Shown: one piece after another, positions 39,059-49,413 of the stretch
How positions within the stretch are numbered: position 1 is the stretch's first letter
Layout of the letters: each line of letters starts with the position of its first letter
NCBI GenBank assembly: GCA_965242525.1
Contig: OZ251459.1
Coordinates: 3,104,001 to 3,168,000, forward strand
Direction: 5' to 3'
Source of the DNA: an uncultured Candidatus Binatia bacterium
GTDB taxonomy: Bacteria > Desulfobacterota > Binatia > UBA9968 > JAJDTQ01
Length of the DNA: 64,000 nucleotides
Notes under the pieces: model-generated
The model's input: only the letters and a program-made list of their open reading frames with translations
What the model was told of the DNA's origin: nothing
Databases searched by the model: none
Made by a program: the position numbers and the translations under genes

Positions 39059-41575
39059 TCACTGGTAGTCGGCCAGCGTCTCGGGGAATTCGGCTTCGTC
39101 GAAGACTAGGCGGAAAGTGCCCTTCGCCGGTCCGTCGTGGATCTGCATCCGGCCCACGTGGAACGCCCGTTCCAGGGTTTCCAGCACCTTGCGTTTGTAA
39201 ACGGTGTCCGGGTTGTCGCGCAGGTGCTCGCCCTTGGTCTCGAACACCAGCAGGTGCGGCTTGCCCGCGCTCCTGCCCGCCATGGCGATGAAGTCGGGAT
39301 AGATGCGCTCCCGCCGCCAGCCGCGCAGGTGGTATTCACCCTGCTGGCGGACGGCCACCCGGTGCCACCAGCGCAGCGCCTTCTGTTCGTCGAGGTAGCA
39401 AGCGAAACGCCGCTCCAGCTCGGTGTCGAACTGCCGCTCGAACACCGGCTCGAACAGGTTGAGTTGCATGGGCTGGCCGCCGAACCGCTGAAAGGTCCGG
39501 TCGGACTCCGACACCGGTATCTCGTAGCTCTCGCGCATCCGGTAACGGGGCACGCCGGCGTCCAGGTCGAAACGGATCCTCCGCCGCGTCAACTTGTCGC
39601 GGAACATCCGTTCCGCCATCCGTTCCACGCCGTCGATCACCGATTCCCGCAGCGCATAGGCGAGATGGGAACGGCGGTCGTAGATCCTGCTTTCCTCCTC
39701 GCCCGTCTCCCGCAGTCGTTGGAGCAGGGTGCGGGCGATGCCCGCGGCGTGCCAGGGGTTGGGCACCACGTCGGACAGCCGCCGCACGAAATAGGACGTC
39801 CGCACCGTCTTGTCGATCCGGAGGTCCCGGGACCCTCCCGGGGAGGCCACCGCCTCGTCTTCGCCTACGTCCACGGACGCCGTTTCTCGCCGCGCCGCGG
39901 TGGGCAGGGATCTCGCGGGGTCCGGCGGTTCGATCTCCTCCCAGTCGATGGCCGGCAGGATGTCGCGGTGGTAGTCCAGGTCGCGCCAGCCGGCGCCGTC
40001 CCGATGCAGCACCCTGGGCAGGAAGATGTCGGCGCCGCGAAACTGCTCCCGCCGCCGCACTTCCACGATGTGCAGCTTGGCGCCGCTCCCCGTCACCTCG
40101 TCGCCAAGGCCGGTCAACCCCTCCCGTTCCAGCCCCTGCTTGATCTGCTCCACCGCCCCGGCCACGTCCATGTTCCAGCAATAGACCGCGCACCGGTCCA
40201 ACGGTTCCCGCCCGGTGCGGCGCGCGTGGGGCTGGCGCATCACCCGCCCCACCAACTGCGTCAGCGCCCGCTGCGCCCGGGTCGTGTCCAGCATCACCAG
40301 CAGGTAGGCGAAGGGGCAGTCCCACCCCTCCATCAGCGCCGCGCGGGTGATGATCCACCGCACCTGCGAGTACTCGGAGAGCAGGTCCTCCTTGCCCAAC
40401 TCGTCGTTCTCCGCGGACTTCACCCGCACAGCCTCCGCGGGCACGCCGAGGTTGCGGGTCAGGTACTCGCGCACGTCTTCGGCGTGGATGCGTTCGCCGT
40501 CGCGCTGGTCCTTGCCGGTGCGCTCCACCCGCACCACCGCGATGGGGCGGATGTAGCGCCCTTCGCCCATCTGGAGCGATTCGGCTTCGGCGCGCAGCCG
40601 CTCCAGTTCCTCGGCCGCTTCGCCAAGGGTGTGCCGCCACTCGGCGTTGGTGAACGATTCCACCCGCACCGGCAGCTTGATCATCTCCTCGTGCTTCAGA
40701 TCGACGCCGGAGACGTCCACCAGCAGGTTGCTGACGGCGCGGTTCGGCGTGGCCGACAACTCGACCACCAGGCTGGGGTCCAGGCGGTTGACGGAGCGCA
40801 CGAACTCCTGGGCCGCGGCGGGTTTGCCGTAAGCCTTGTGGGCTTCGTCCAGCACCACCACCGGGCGCAGCATCTTGAAGACGTTGAACAGGCTGTGCTT
40901 GACCGGCCCTCCGTCCGAAGTGCGTTCGAGTTCCGGGTAGCGGCGCAGCAGGCGGCCGTCGCCCAGGGCGTCGTCGCTGTCGGGAAACAGCGTCGGGTAG
41001 CGCCCCGAGTCGCGGAACATGCGCAGGAACTCCCTGCCCTTCTGGCGGTTGGCGGCCGGCAGCATGAGCAGCATCACGCACAGGTAGTGGGCGACGTCCG
41101 CGGCGGTGAACGGGGCGTCCTTCTCCAGCATCTTGACGCGCCCGCCACTGGCCCGTTCCAGCATCTGGCGGTAGGGATGCTCGCGGCTCCACAGCGCGGT
41201 CCTGGTCTGCTGGTAGATGGCTTTGGTGGGGGTGATCCACAGGGTGAGGCCGGCGGGCCGGTTCATCCGTTCCAGCGCCGCGGCGGCAAGCAGCGTCTTG
41301 CCGCCGCCGGTGGGCACCTTGAAGCAGACGTGTGGGATGGGAAAGCCGGCGTCCGCGGTGCGGTCCGCGTAGTCGCCGCCGCCCGCGACCCCGCCGGCCT
41401 GGGCCAACTTCCGCCACGCGGTCTTCGGGTAGTTGCCCAGATCCGGGGGAAGATCGACCCCGGCCTTTTGCAGCGCTTCGACCGCGGCCGCGGACTCCCT
41501 GCGCGCGTCGTCGAGAGCGGCCAGCCAGCGGCTGAACGCCTCCAGCGCTCGCGTCTGGTACTCCTTCAACTCCAT
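39059..41575 (-). CDS. res: Type III restriction endonuclease Res subunit
   Basis: LKEYQ, VPTGGGKT, LDEAH, LSATP, EGWD, QLVGRVMR; C-terminal YPDF..ETKG nuclease motif. Confidence 0.9.
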   Translation of the reverse strand: MELKEYQTRALEAFSRWLAALDDARRESAAAVEALQKAGVDLPPDLGNYPKTAWRKLAQAGGVAGGGDYADRTADAGFPIPHVCFKVPTGGGKTLLAAAALERMNRPAGLTLWITPTKAIYQQTRTALWSREHPYRQMLERASGGRVKMLEKDAPFTAADVAHYLCVMLLMLPAANRQKGREFLRMFRDSGRYPTLFPDSDDALGDGRLLRRYPELERTSDGGPVKHSLFNVFKMLRPVVVLDEAHKAYGKPAAAQEFVRSVNRLDPSLVVELSATPNRAVSNLLVDVSGVDLKHEEMIKLPVRVESFTNAEWRHTLGEAAEELERLRAEAESLQMGEGRYIRPIAVVRVERTGKDQRDGERIHAEDVREYLTRNLGVPAEAVRVKSAENDELGKEDLLSEYSQVRWIITRAALMEGWDCPFAYLLVMLDTTRAQRALTQLVGRVMRQPHARRTGREPLDRCAVYCWNMDVAGAVEQIKQGLEREGLTGLGDEVTGSGAKLHIVEVRRREQFRGADIFLPRVLHRDGAGWRDLDYHRDILPAIDWEEIEPPDPARSLPTAARRETASVDVGEDEAVASPGGSRDLRIDKTVRTSYFVRRLSDVVPNPWHAAGIARTLLQRLRETGEEESRIYDRRSHLAYALRESVIDGVERMAERMFRDKLTRRRIRFDLDAGVPRYRMRESYEIPVSESDRTFQRFGGQPMQLNLFEPVFERQFDTELERRFACYLDEQKALRWWHRVAVRQQGEYHLRGWRRERIYPDFIAMAGRSAGKPHLLVFETKGEHLRDNPDTVYKRKVLETLERAFHVGRMQIHDGPAKGTFRLVFDEAEFPETLADYQ

Positions 41576-41596
41576 CTTCCCGCGCTCCGCTCCCGG

Positions 41597-43276
41597 TTAC
41601 TCCAACCGGCTGGACAACTCGTAGGGGAGTTGGCAGAAGGTGATGCCCCAGGCCGAAAGCTCGCGCTGGCCGATGTACTTGGCGGCCGCGAACACCACCG
41701 CCTTGCGGCCCTGCTCCCGGGCCGCTGCGCTGATCCGTTTCGCGCGCTCCTCGTTCAGCACCGCGTCGTTGCTGCACAGGAACTTCAGGTCGGGTTGGTA
41801 GAGCAGGTGGTAGTCGAGCTTGTCGGAGGAATGGAAGAGTCCGTCGTCGTTCAACGGCGCAAGGTCGCCGGGCCCGGCAGAGACGCCGGAAGCGGTATGG
41901 AGCAGGTAGGCCGCCAAGTCCGACCACGGCGGCAGCGCCTCGCCGGAGAGCATGCCTTCCAGTTCGATGGGGTCGCCGAGGGTGGCGAAGGTGAAGGAGC
42001 CTCCGAGCCCGTCGCGCAGCGCAGCGTCACGGGCGCCGGGCGCGCCCTCGATGACGCGCCGAACCCGCTCCGCGGTGACCGAATCGGCATAGTCCTCGCA
42101 CTCCACCAGGATGAACCTGCGGTTGCCGCCGTCCTCCTTGTTGAGCGCGAGCACCGCATGGGCCGTCGTGCCGCTGCCGGCAAAGGAGTCGAGGACGATG
42201 GAGTCTTCGTCGGTGGCCGCTCGAACCAGTTCCTTCACCAGGGAAACGGGCTTCGGATAGGGAAACACCTGGTTATGGTCGAATATCGTCCTGAGTTCCT
42301 GGGTGGCGGCGGTGTTCAATTCCGCCGTGAGATCGAGAACGACGTCGTTATCGTCGTCGCCGTTCCTGGTGTCGATCCAGGTCGAGATGGGGTTCGTCTT
42401 CCCGGGATCGTTCGGGTCATAGCGGGTCTTGTAACGGGGGCGCGTCATTCTCCTTTGCCTGGGCGTCGGCCAGATGATGTTCCCTGCCTCGATTTCCCGT
42501 TTCATCGTCGATGGCTCGAACCGCCATACGCGCTGTTCCGGCGGCCGGTACGCTGCACCGGTACGCGGATCGACGATTTCGTAGAACTGGTTGGGGCGGA
42601 GGTTCCTGTCCATGCCGATCGTCAAGTCAGTGCTGCGATACCTGCCCGCCGAGTCTTCGAGCGGATAGTCACCGATCTTCCGCTTTGCGCCTGAGAAGCC
42701 GACATCCCTGGATTGTCGCGCGCAACAGGCCACGAACTCATGATCTTGAGAGACCTGGTTGTCCCTCATGCCGGTCGCAAGACGACGCTTCCTCACGAAC
42801 ATCGCGATGAAGTTTTCCTCGCCGAACACCTCGTCCATCAGCATCCTGAGATGATGCTGTTCATTGTCGTCGATGGACACGAAGATCACTCCGTCTTCGG
42901 ACAACAGCTCCCGCAGCAGGTGCAACCGCGGCCACATCATGCAGAGCCACTTGTCGTGCCGTTCCAGGTCCTCGTTGTCCACCGGACCGTTCGTTCGCAG
43001 CCACTCCTTCATCAGCGGGCTGTTCACGTTGTCGTTGTAGCTCCATCCCTCGTTGCCGGTGTTGTAGGGCGGGTCGATGTAGATGCACTTGACGCGCCCC
43101 GCGTACCGCGGCAGCAGCGCCTTCAGCGCGTGCAGGTTGTCCCCGTGGACGATCAGGTTGTCGTCGGCGCCGGCCGAACGGCAGGACCGCTCCCGGTCGG
43201 GCAACAACGGCCGGTAGGGCACCGTGAGGTGGTGTGCGTAGATGTGCTGCTTCCCCTTGAACTCCAGCACCGGCAT
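41597..43276 (-). CDS. mod: Type III DNA methyltransferase Mod subunit
   Basis: GDNLHALK, IYIDPPYNTG, FVSIDDNE, PKPV, LDSFAGSGTT. Confidence 0.92.
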   Translation of the reverse strand: MPVLEFKGKQHIYAHHLTVPYRPLLPDRERSCRSAGADDNLIVHGDNLHALKALLPRYAGRVKCIYIDPPYNTGNEGWSYNDNVNSPLMKEWLRTNGPVDNEDLERHDKWLCMMWPRLHLLRELLSEDGVIFVSIDDNEQHHLRMLMDEVFGEENFIAMFVRKRRLATGMRDNQVSQDHEFVACCARQSRDVGFSGAKRKIGDYPLEDSAGRYRSTDLTIGMDRNLRPNQFYEIVDPRTGAAYRPPEQRVWRFEPSTMKREIEAGNIIWPTPRQRRMTRPRYKTRYDPNDPGKTNPISTWIDTRNGDDDNDVVLDLTAELNTAATQELRTIFDHNQVFPYPKPVSLVKELVRAATDEDSIVLDSFAGSGTTAHAVLALNKEDGGNRRFILVECEDYADSVTAERVRRVIEGAPGARDAALRDGLGGSFTFATLGDPIELEGMLSGEALPPWSDLAAYLLHTASGVSAGPGDLAPLNDDGLFHSSDKLDYHLLYQPDLKFLCSNDAVLNEERAKRISAAAREQGRKAVVFAAAKYIGQRELSAWGITFCQLPYELSSRLE

Positions 43277-43348
43277 GGTCTGTTTCTCTATCTCTCCCGG
43301 TGGCGCTTGGCGGCATACCCGGCGTCAACGGGCCGAAAAGGATCTCCG

Positions 43349-43456
43349 GGAAACCCTGAACAATTCCGGCCTGGACTCCATCTCCCGGTGTGAAAGCGCG
43401 TCCTTCGACTTCGCTTCGCTACGCTCAGGACGAACGGGGTAATTGCTCAGGTTTCC
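43349..43456. mobile_element. MITE-like element carrying REP family A
   Basis: GGAAACCCTGAACAATT ... AATTGCTCAGGTTTCC; homologue of 36856-36964; flanks TCCG/TCCA. Confidence 0.7.
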
Positions 43457-43498
43457 TCCAACGAATTGCTGCGGCGCAGCCTTCCGGGTGAGTCTGCA

Positions 43499-43927
43499 TC
43501 AAAGGAGCGGGTTCACCCACCGCAGGCCGGGAAACCGCGCCATGTCCGCGTCGGTCGAATGGATCTCGGCCTGATGCTCGATCGCCAGAGCGGCCAGGTG
43601 TGCATCCGTCGTCAGATTGCCGCTGGTTCCAGTCGCCTCGATGAGCTTGAACAGGATATCCGAATGACGCGCACCGGGATGAACGACGATCGCGTTGGGC
43701 CGGGCGAGCCAGGCTCGGACGCGAGCGCAGGCGTTATTCGCCTCCAGCGGGTTTTCGAGGATCCTCGGATGTGTCGCAATGCGAATGAATCCCAGAATCA
43801 CGATCCAGGGAATACCGACGCTGCCCGCCCCGTTCATCAATGCTTCCCACCACTCGCGTGCAGACTCGTGCCGGCGAGCACCCGAGTCGTGGGCGTACAC
43901 CAGGAGGTTGACGTCGGGAATGATCAC
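43499..43927 (-). CDS. vapC: VapC/PIN toxin
   Basis: IPDVNLLVYA, FIRIATHP, GNLTTDAHLAALA, STDADMARF. Confidence 0.9.
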   Translation of the reverse strand: MIIPDVNLLVYAHDSGARRHESAREWWEALMNGAGSVGIPWIVILGFIRIATHPRILENPLEANNACARVRAWLARPNAIVVHPGARHSDILFKLIEATGTSGNLTTDAHLAALAIEHQAEIHSTDADMARFPGLRWVNPLL

Positions 43928-44184
43928 CGTTCGAGCTTTCGAGAGGATTCCGCGGCCTCCAACTCGTCCGCGAGTTGATTGAGACGGTCGGTGTCCACGC
44001 CCGCCTTGAAGACGAAGGCGTGGGGTTCGACCTTGAAGGGGGGCAACCTCGGCGGCTTGCCCTGGGCGCCGAGGCCGCGCCGCAAGGCATCGTTCACGAC
44101 CGTCTTCATGTTCCTGTCGGTACGCCGCATCTCCTGTTGCAGGAGCTGCGCGACGTCGGGATCGATCGTCAGGGTAGTCCGCAT
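43924..44184 (-). CDS. VapB-type ribbon-helix-helix antitoxin
   Basis: MRTTLTIDPDV..KTVVNDALRRGL; ATGA overlap with vapC. Confidence 0.85.
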   Translation of the reverse strand: MRTTLTIDPDVAQLLQQEMRRTDRNMKTVVNDALRRGLGAQGKPPRLPPFKVEPHAFVFKAGVDTDRLNQLADELEAAESSRKLER

Positions 44185-44252
44185 GAAAGCATCCTGATAC
44201 GCACGGGAATGGAAGTCAAGGTGCGGGGTGCGTGGCGGCGGCGCGGCCCCGG

Positions 44253-45356
44253 TCAGGCCTTCGGCACCGCCAGCGTGTGGTTGGCCTCGAACACCAGATC
44301 GACTTCCAGGTCGTCGGGTGCGGCGAAGTCCGGGGCGGCCTTGGCTTGGATGAGGGTCTCGCCCACCAGGACGTCCACGCGGCAGGAGTCGCCCAGGAAC
44401 GCCACGTGGCGGACCCTGCCGGAAAGACGGTTGCCGCCCGCTCCCGGCTCCGCGGCCGACAACCGGATGGCTTCGGGGCGGATGGAGACGGCCACCCGGT
44501 CGCCGTTCCGCATGGCTCCGGTCTTGATGCAGGCCAGCGTGCGGCCCTGGGCGACCTCCACTTCCGCGGCGTCTCCGTCGATGCGCGCCACCTTGCCGTC
44601 CAGCAGGTTGGTGCTGCCCACGAACTTGGCCACGAAGTCGTTGGCCGGGCGGAAATAGATCTCCCTGGGCGTGCCGGTCTGGATGACGTTGGCCTGGTCG
44701 ATCACCGCGATGCGGTCCGACAGGGTGAGGGCCTCGGCCTGGTCGTGGGTGACGTACACGGTGGTGATGCCGATCTGCCGTTGCAGGCGCTTGAGCTCCA
44801 CCCGCATCTCTTCCCGCAACTGGGCGTCGAGGTTGGACAGGGGCTCGTCCAGGAGCAGCAGGCGCGGCGTCTTGACTATAGAGCGGGCCAGGGCCACCCG
44901 CTGCTGCTGGCCGCCCGACAGCCGGGTCGCCGGGCGGGACTGGAAGCCGGCCAAGTCCACGGTCCGCAACGCCTGGTCCACCGCGGCCTCGACCTCGCTC
45001 CGGGAATACCGGCGGTCCTTCGCCACGGTCAGCGGGAAGGCCACGTTCTCGGCCACGGTCATGTGCGGCCAGATGGCGTAGGACTGGAACACCATGCCCA
45101 CCTCGCGCCGGTTCATGGGCACGTTGACGCCCGCGGCCGAGTCGAACAGCACGTCGCCCTCCACCGCCACCCGGCCCCGGTCCGGGGTCTCCAGGCCGGC
45201 GAGGCACCGCAACGTGGTGGTCTTGCCGCACCCCGAGGGTCCCAGCAGGGTGAAGAACGCGCCGTTCTCCAGCGAGAACGAAGCGTTGCGGATACCCCCC
45301 GCGATGGCGTCCGTGGTGTTGGCGAAGATTTTGGTCAGCCCCTCGATCTCCAGCAT
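44253..45356 (-). CDS. ABC transporter ATP-binding protein (Fe3+/polyamine-type, TOBE domain)
   Basis: GPSGCGKTT, LSGGQQQR, LLLDEP, YVTHDQ. Confidence 0.93.
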   Translation of the reverse strand: MLEIEGLTKIFANTTDAIAGGIRNASFSLENGAFFTLLGPSGCGKTTTLRCLAGLETPDRGRVAVEGDVLFDSAAGVNVPMNRREVGMVFQSYAIWPHMTVAENVAFPLTVAKDRRYSRSEVEAAVDQALRTVDLAGFQSRPATRLSGGQQQRVALARSIVKTPRLLLLDEPLSNLDAQLREEMRVELKRLQRQIGITTVYVTHDQAEALTLSDRIAVIDQANVIQTGTPREIYFRPANDFVAKFVGSTNLLDGKVARIDGDAAEVEVAQGRTLACIKTGAMRNGDRVAVSIRPEAIRLSAAEPGAGGNRLSGRVRHVAFLGDSCRVDVLVGETLIQAKAAPDFAAPDDLEVDLVFEANHTLAVPKA

Positions 45357-45371
45357 GGCATGACCCCCGGT

Positions 45372-47576
45372 CTATTGGCCCGCGTCGTCACGCTCCGCGC
45401 CGGCGAGCACCACCAGGGCGTCGAGGGCGACGCCGCCCCGCGGGCGCAGCACGAACGGGTTCACGTCGATGGACTCCAGCCGGCGGCCCAGGTCGCAGGC
45501 GAGCCGCGACACCGCCACCAGCGCCTTGACCGCCGCCTTCCGGTCCAGGGCCGGCGCCCCCCGGTACCCGTCCATGAGCCGCGCGGCCCTGGTGCGCGCG
45601 ATCAATGCCTCGGCGTCGGCCTCGCGGAGTGTGGGCGCGGCAAAGGCCACGTCGCGGTAGAGTTCCAGCGCCGCCCCGCCCGACCCGAACATGACCACGG
45701 GTCCCATCTCCGGGTCACGCGACGCGCCGATGACCAGCTCCAGGTCCCCGGCCATGTGCTCGGCCACCAGCACGCCGTCCACGGCCGCCCCCCCGGCCTT
45801 GCGGGCGACGTTGCGCAGGACCGCGCCGTAGCCCCGGCGCACCGCGGCCGCGGTGCGGACGTCCAGCAGCACGCCGCCCGCGTCCGACTTGTGGGTCAGC
45901 TCCGCGCCCGCGGCCTTCAACACCACCGGGAACCCCAGGCCGCGGGCGACCCGCGCCGCCTCCGCAGCGCTCCGGGCCAGCCGCTCCCTGGGCGTCCGCA
46001 CCCCGTAGGCCCGGAGCAACTCCTTGGAATCCACTTCCGACAGGGGCGTGGGTCTCGGCCCGCCGCGGGTCCTCTCCAGCCGCCTCCGCACGGCCGGCGG
46101 CGCCGTCCACCCGCGGCGCCGCTTCCCCGCGGCTTTCCTCGGCGACCGCATGGCGTAGGAGATGACCGACCGGACCGTGCGCAGGGACTTGTCCGCTTCC
46201 TGCAGGAACGCTACGCGGCGCAAGCCGTCGCGCAGGTTGCGGGCGTAGTCGTTCAGGCCGTGGGAGATCATGGTGACGAAGACGATGGGCTTGCGCGCCC
46301 GGGCCGCCAGCTCGTTGACGGCGCGCATGTTGTGCTCCTTGTCCCCGCCTTCGGGGGCCCGCAGCAACTCCTCCTGCAACAGCAGCGTGTCCACCCCGGG
46401 GTCGTGGAGCATGGTCTCCACGCAACGGATGTAGGTCTCGCGGCTGGTCAGCGCGCCAAAGCCCGAGTCCAGGGGGTTGCCGATGACGGCGCCGACGCCG
46501 AGCAGCTTTTCCAGGCGCTTGCGGGTCCCGGAGGCGAGGGGCGGGAACGACAGGCCGTTGGCCTCGGCCTGGTCCAGCAGCACCCCGCGGAGCCCGCCGG
46601 AGAAGGTCATGGCACCCAGCCCGCCGCCCCGGGGCAGCCGGGCGTGGAGCAGGTACTCGGCCATCTCCACCACGTCGTCGAGGGTCGCCACGCGCACCGC
46701 GCCCGCGTCGCCGGCGACCGCGTCGAACGCGGCGATGGACCCGGCGAGGGCGCCCGTATGGGCCAGGGCGGCGGCCCGGCCGTGGTCCGAGGTCCCGAGC
46801 TTGACCACGATCACCGGCTTTCCGGCTTCCCGGGCCGCGGCGCAGGCGGCCAGGAAGCGCTCGGGCTCGCGTACCGCCTCCAGGTAGGAGACGATGACCC
46901 GGGTCTGCGGGTCCGCGGTGAAATACTCGATGTAGTCCGCGGTCTTGAGCCCGGCCTCGTTGCCGCTGGTGACCACGTAGCCCACCGCCATGCCGCGCTC
47001 TTCGAGGGTGCGCTTGAGCGCCATCACCAACCCGCCGGACTGCCCGACGATGGCGACGGGGCCGGCCTCGGTGGGCTGCGGCCGGTTGTCGGTCATGGTG
47101 ACGAAGCGGGCGCGGCCGTTGAAGTTGCCGAGGCAGTTGGGACCGGAAACCGCGATGCCCAACTCCGCCACCGCGGCGGAGAGGCGCCGGCCGCGCTCCA
47201 TGGCCGCGGGGTCGGGGGATTCGTCGAAACCCGCGGACACCACCGTGGCGCTGCGCGCCCCCGCGGCCGCCCCCTGGCGCAGGGTCGCCTCCACGAACGG
47301 CGCCGGCACGAACACCGCCAGGTGGTCCGGCGGCTCCGGCAACTCGGCGTAGCTCCGGTAGCACCGCACTCCCCAGACCTCCTCGCGCCGCGGGTTGAGG
47401 GGATAGACCGAGCCCCCGTAGCCGTAGCGTCCGAGGTTGCGCCAGCAGCGCTGGGCCCAGTTCCCGGGTTTGTCGGTGGCCCCGACGATGACCACGTTGC
47501 GCGGGTCGAGCAGCGCCTCCACGTCGGGGCGCGGGGTGGTTGCCGGCGGCGGAGGCGGGGAGTTCGACGGACTCAT
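45372..47576 (-). CDS. NDP-forming acyl-CoA synthetase (acetate-CoA ligase family)
   Basis: GPNCLG, SGNEA, AHTGALAG (phospho-His), NPLD, ATP-grasp HKSDAGGV, DVNP. Confidence 0.88.
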   Translation of the reverse strand: MSPSNSPPPPPATTPRPDVEALLDPRNVVIVGATDKPGNWAQRCWRNLGRYGYGGSVYPLNPRREEVWGVRCYRSYAELPEPPDHLAVFVPAPFVEATLRQGAAAGARSATVVSAGFDESPDPAAMERGRRLSAAVAELGIAVSGPNCLGNFNGRARFVTMTDNRPQPTEAGPVAIVGQSGGLVMALKRTLEERGMAVGYVVTSGNEAGLKTADYIEYFTADPQTRVIVSYLEAVREPERFLAACAAAREAGKPVIVVKLGTSDHGRAAALAHTGALAGSIAAFDAVAGDAGAVRVATLDDVVEMAEYLLHARLPRGGGLGAMTFSGGLRGVLLDQAEANGLSFPPLASGTRKRLEKLLGVGAVIGNPLDSGFGALTSRETYIRCVETMLHDPGVDTLLLQEELLRAPEGGDKEHNMRAVNELAARARKPIVFVTMISHGLNDYARNLRDGLRRVAFLQEADKSLRTVRSVISYAMRSPRKAAGKRRRGWTAPPAVRRRLERTRGGPRPTPLSEVDSKELLRAYGVRTPRERLARSAAEAARVARGLGFPVVLKAAGAELTHKSDAGGVLLDVRTAAAVRRGYGAVLRNVARKAGGAAVDGVLVAEHMAGDLELVIGASRDPEMGPVVMFGSGGAALELYRDVAFAAPTLREADAEALIARTRAARLMDGYRGAPALDRKAAVKALVAVSRLACDLGRRLESIDVNPFVLRPRGGVALDALVVLAGAERDDAGQ

Positions 47577-47594
47577 GGGCGGCGCGTGGATGGG

Positions 47595-49307
47595 TCAGTT
47601 GCCGTAGGCGGTGGCGCCGGTCTGGCGCGCCGTGTAGTAGAACAGGCTCGCGATCACGGTCATGACCGCGGTCCACACCAGTCCCAGGGCCGCCAGCTCG
47701 GTGCCCTGCCCGTTGGTCCAGAGGTCGAACATCTCCACCGCCACCATCTGCGAGTCCGGCCCCGACAACAGGATCGGCAGCGACAGCACCCGGGCGGCCA
47801 GCAGGAAGATGAACAGCCAGCCCGAGAGCATGGCCGGGGCCAGCAGCGGCGCGACGATGCGCCGCAGCGTGGTCATGGGGGAGGCGCCGCACACGCCCGC
47901 GGCCTCTTCCAGCTCGTGGTGTATCTGCAACATGCCGGCGTAGGAATACCGCATGCCGTAGGGCAGGTAGCGGATCACGAAGGCGATGACCAGGATCCAC
48001 ACGGTGCCGTAGATGGGGATGGGCACCTGGAGGTAGATCTGCATCACCGCCACCCCCAGCACGATGCCGGGGAAGATCAGCGGCATGGTGGCGAGCTGGT
48101 CGAGGACCCATGCCCCGGCCTTGCGGCGGGCGGCGAACCATCCGGCCACCAGGGTGATGGCCATGGCCGCGGTGGCCGAGACCGCGGCCACGAACAGCGT
48201 GTTCCACAGCAACCCCAGGTAGTAGTCCGCGTCCAGCACCGCCCGGTAGTTCTCCAGCGTGAAGAGGGAAAACCCCCGCAACCGCACCGGCTGGAAGAAC
48301 GGCAGGAACGAAGCCCACAGCAGCGCCAGCAGAGGCAGCACCAGGATCACGAAGAAGTTGACCAGCACCACCGCGGTGGCCACGTGCCGGCCGCGGCCCA
48401 GGTCGAACATGCGGGCGCGGTACCCCTTGCCGGTCACCGTGTGGTAGCGGTCGGCGCTCTTGGACAGCCGGTTGTAGAAGGCCAGCAGTATGCCCACCAC
48501 CACCAGCAGGAAGACCGAGAACGAACTGGCGTGCCCGAAGTCCGGGGGCACCACGTCCGACAGGTCCAGGTAGATGTCGGTGGTGAGCACGTGGATCTTT
48601 CCCGGCAGCCCCACCAGGGCCGGGACCTCGAACGCCTCGATGGCGCGGATGAAGACCAGCAGGGCCAGGGCCAGCACCGAGGGCAGCGCCAGCTTGAGGG
48701 TCACGCGCCGTATGGTGTCCCACACGCTCGCCCCGCAGATGCGCGCCGCCTCTTCGTATTCCGGGTTGCTGGTGCGGAACGTGGCCGAGAGCAACAGGAA
48801 CACCAGCGGCGACCAGAGGAACCCCTCCACCAGGATCATGCCGCTCATGGAATAGACGTTGATCAGCACCCCGTCGCTGCCGGTGACCAGGCGGTAGAGG
48901 TCGTTGATGGGTCCGGCCTTGCCGAGCAGGAAGAGCCACGCGCTCACGTAGAGGATGAAGGGGGTCCCCAGGGAGATGATGGTGGTGAGGTAGGCCAGCC
49001 ACTTGAAGGCGGCGTTGGTGCGCTCCACCACCCAGGCCAGCATGGCCCCGAACAGGAGCGCCACCGCCGAGCTGCCCACCGCGAACACCGTCGAGTTCAG
49101 GCTGCTGGTGAACAGCGCGGGTTCCCGAACCAGCCGGCGGTAGTACTGGAGCGTCAGCTCGCCCCGGCTGAAGTCGGCGTTGGTGGTGTAAAAGCTGCCC
49201 TGCACCAGGAACCAGATGGGCGGCAGCACCAGCAGGGCGATGAGCACCGCCAGCAGGAGGCCCGGAACCGCGTATTCGGTCTGTCGCAATCGGAACCACC
49301 CCGGCAT
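47595..49307 (-). CDS. ABC transporter permease (FbpB-type, duplicated TM domain)
   Basis: Two EEAA..CGAS loops; multiple TM helices. Confidence 0.9.
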   Translation of the reverse strand: MPGWFRLRQTEYAVPGLLLAVLIALLVLPPIWFLVQGSFYTTNADFSRGELTLQYYRRLVREPALFTSSLNSTVFAVGSSAVALLFGAMLAWVVERTNAAFKWLAYLTTIISLGTPFILYVSAWLFLLGKAGPINDLYRLVTGSDGVLINVYSMSGMILVEGFLWSPLVFLLLSATFRTSNPEYEEAARICGASVWDTIRRVTLKLALPSVLALALLVFIRAIEAFEVPALVGLPGKIHVLTTDIYLDLSDVVPPDFGHASSFSVFLLVVVGILLAFYNRLSKSADRYHTVTGKGYRARMFDLGRGRHVATAVVLVNFFVILVLPLLALLWASFLPFFQPVRLRGFSLFTLENYRAVLDADYYLGLLWNTLFVAAVSATAAMAITLVAGWFAARRKAGAWVLDQLATMPLIFPGIVLGVAVMQIYLQVPIPIYGTVWILVIAFVIRYLPYGMRYSYAGMLQIHHELEEAAGVCGASPMTTLRRIVAPLLAPAMLSGWLFIFLLAARVLSLPILLSGPDSQMVAVEMFDLWTNGQGTELAALGLVWTAVMTVIASLFYYTARQTGATAYGN

Positions 49308-49413
49308 CTGGCCAGCCTCCGCCTCCGTGCGGCGCGCGCGGGCGCCGGATCGTCGCAGAAGGACGGGAAAGGGAGGGCGCCGTCAGCGGCTTGGCCGCGG
49401 CGCCCCTCTCCGG

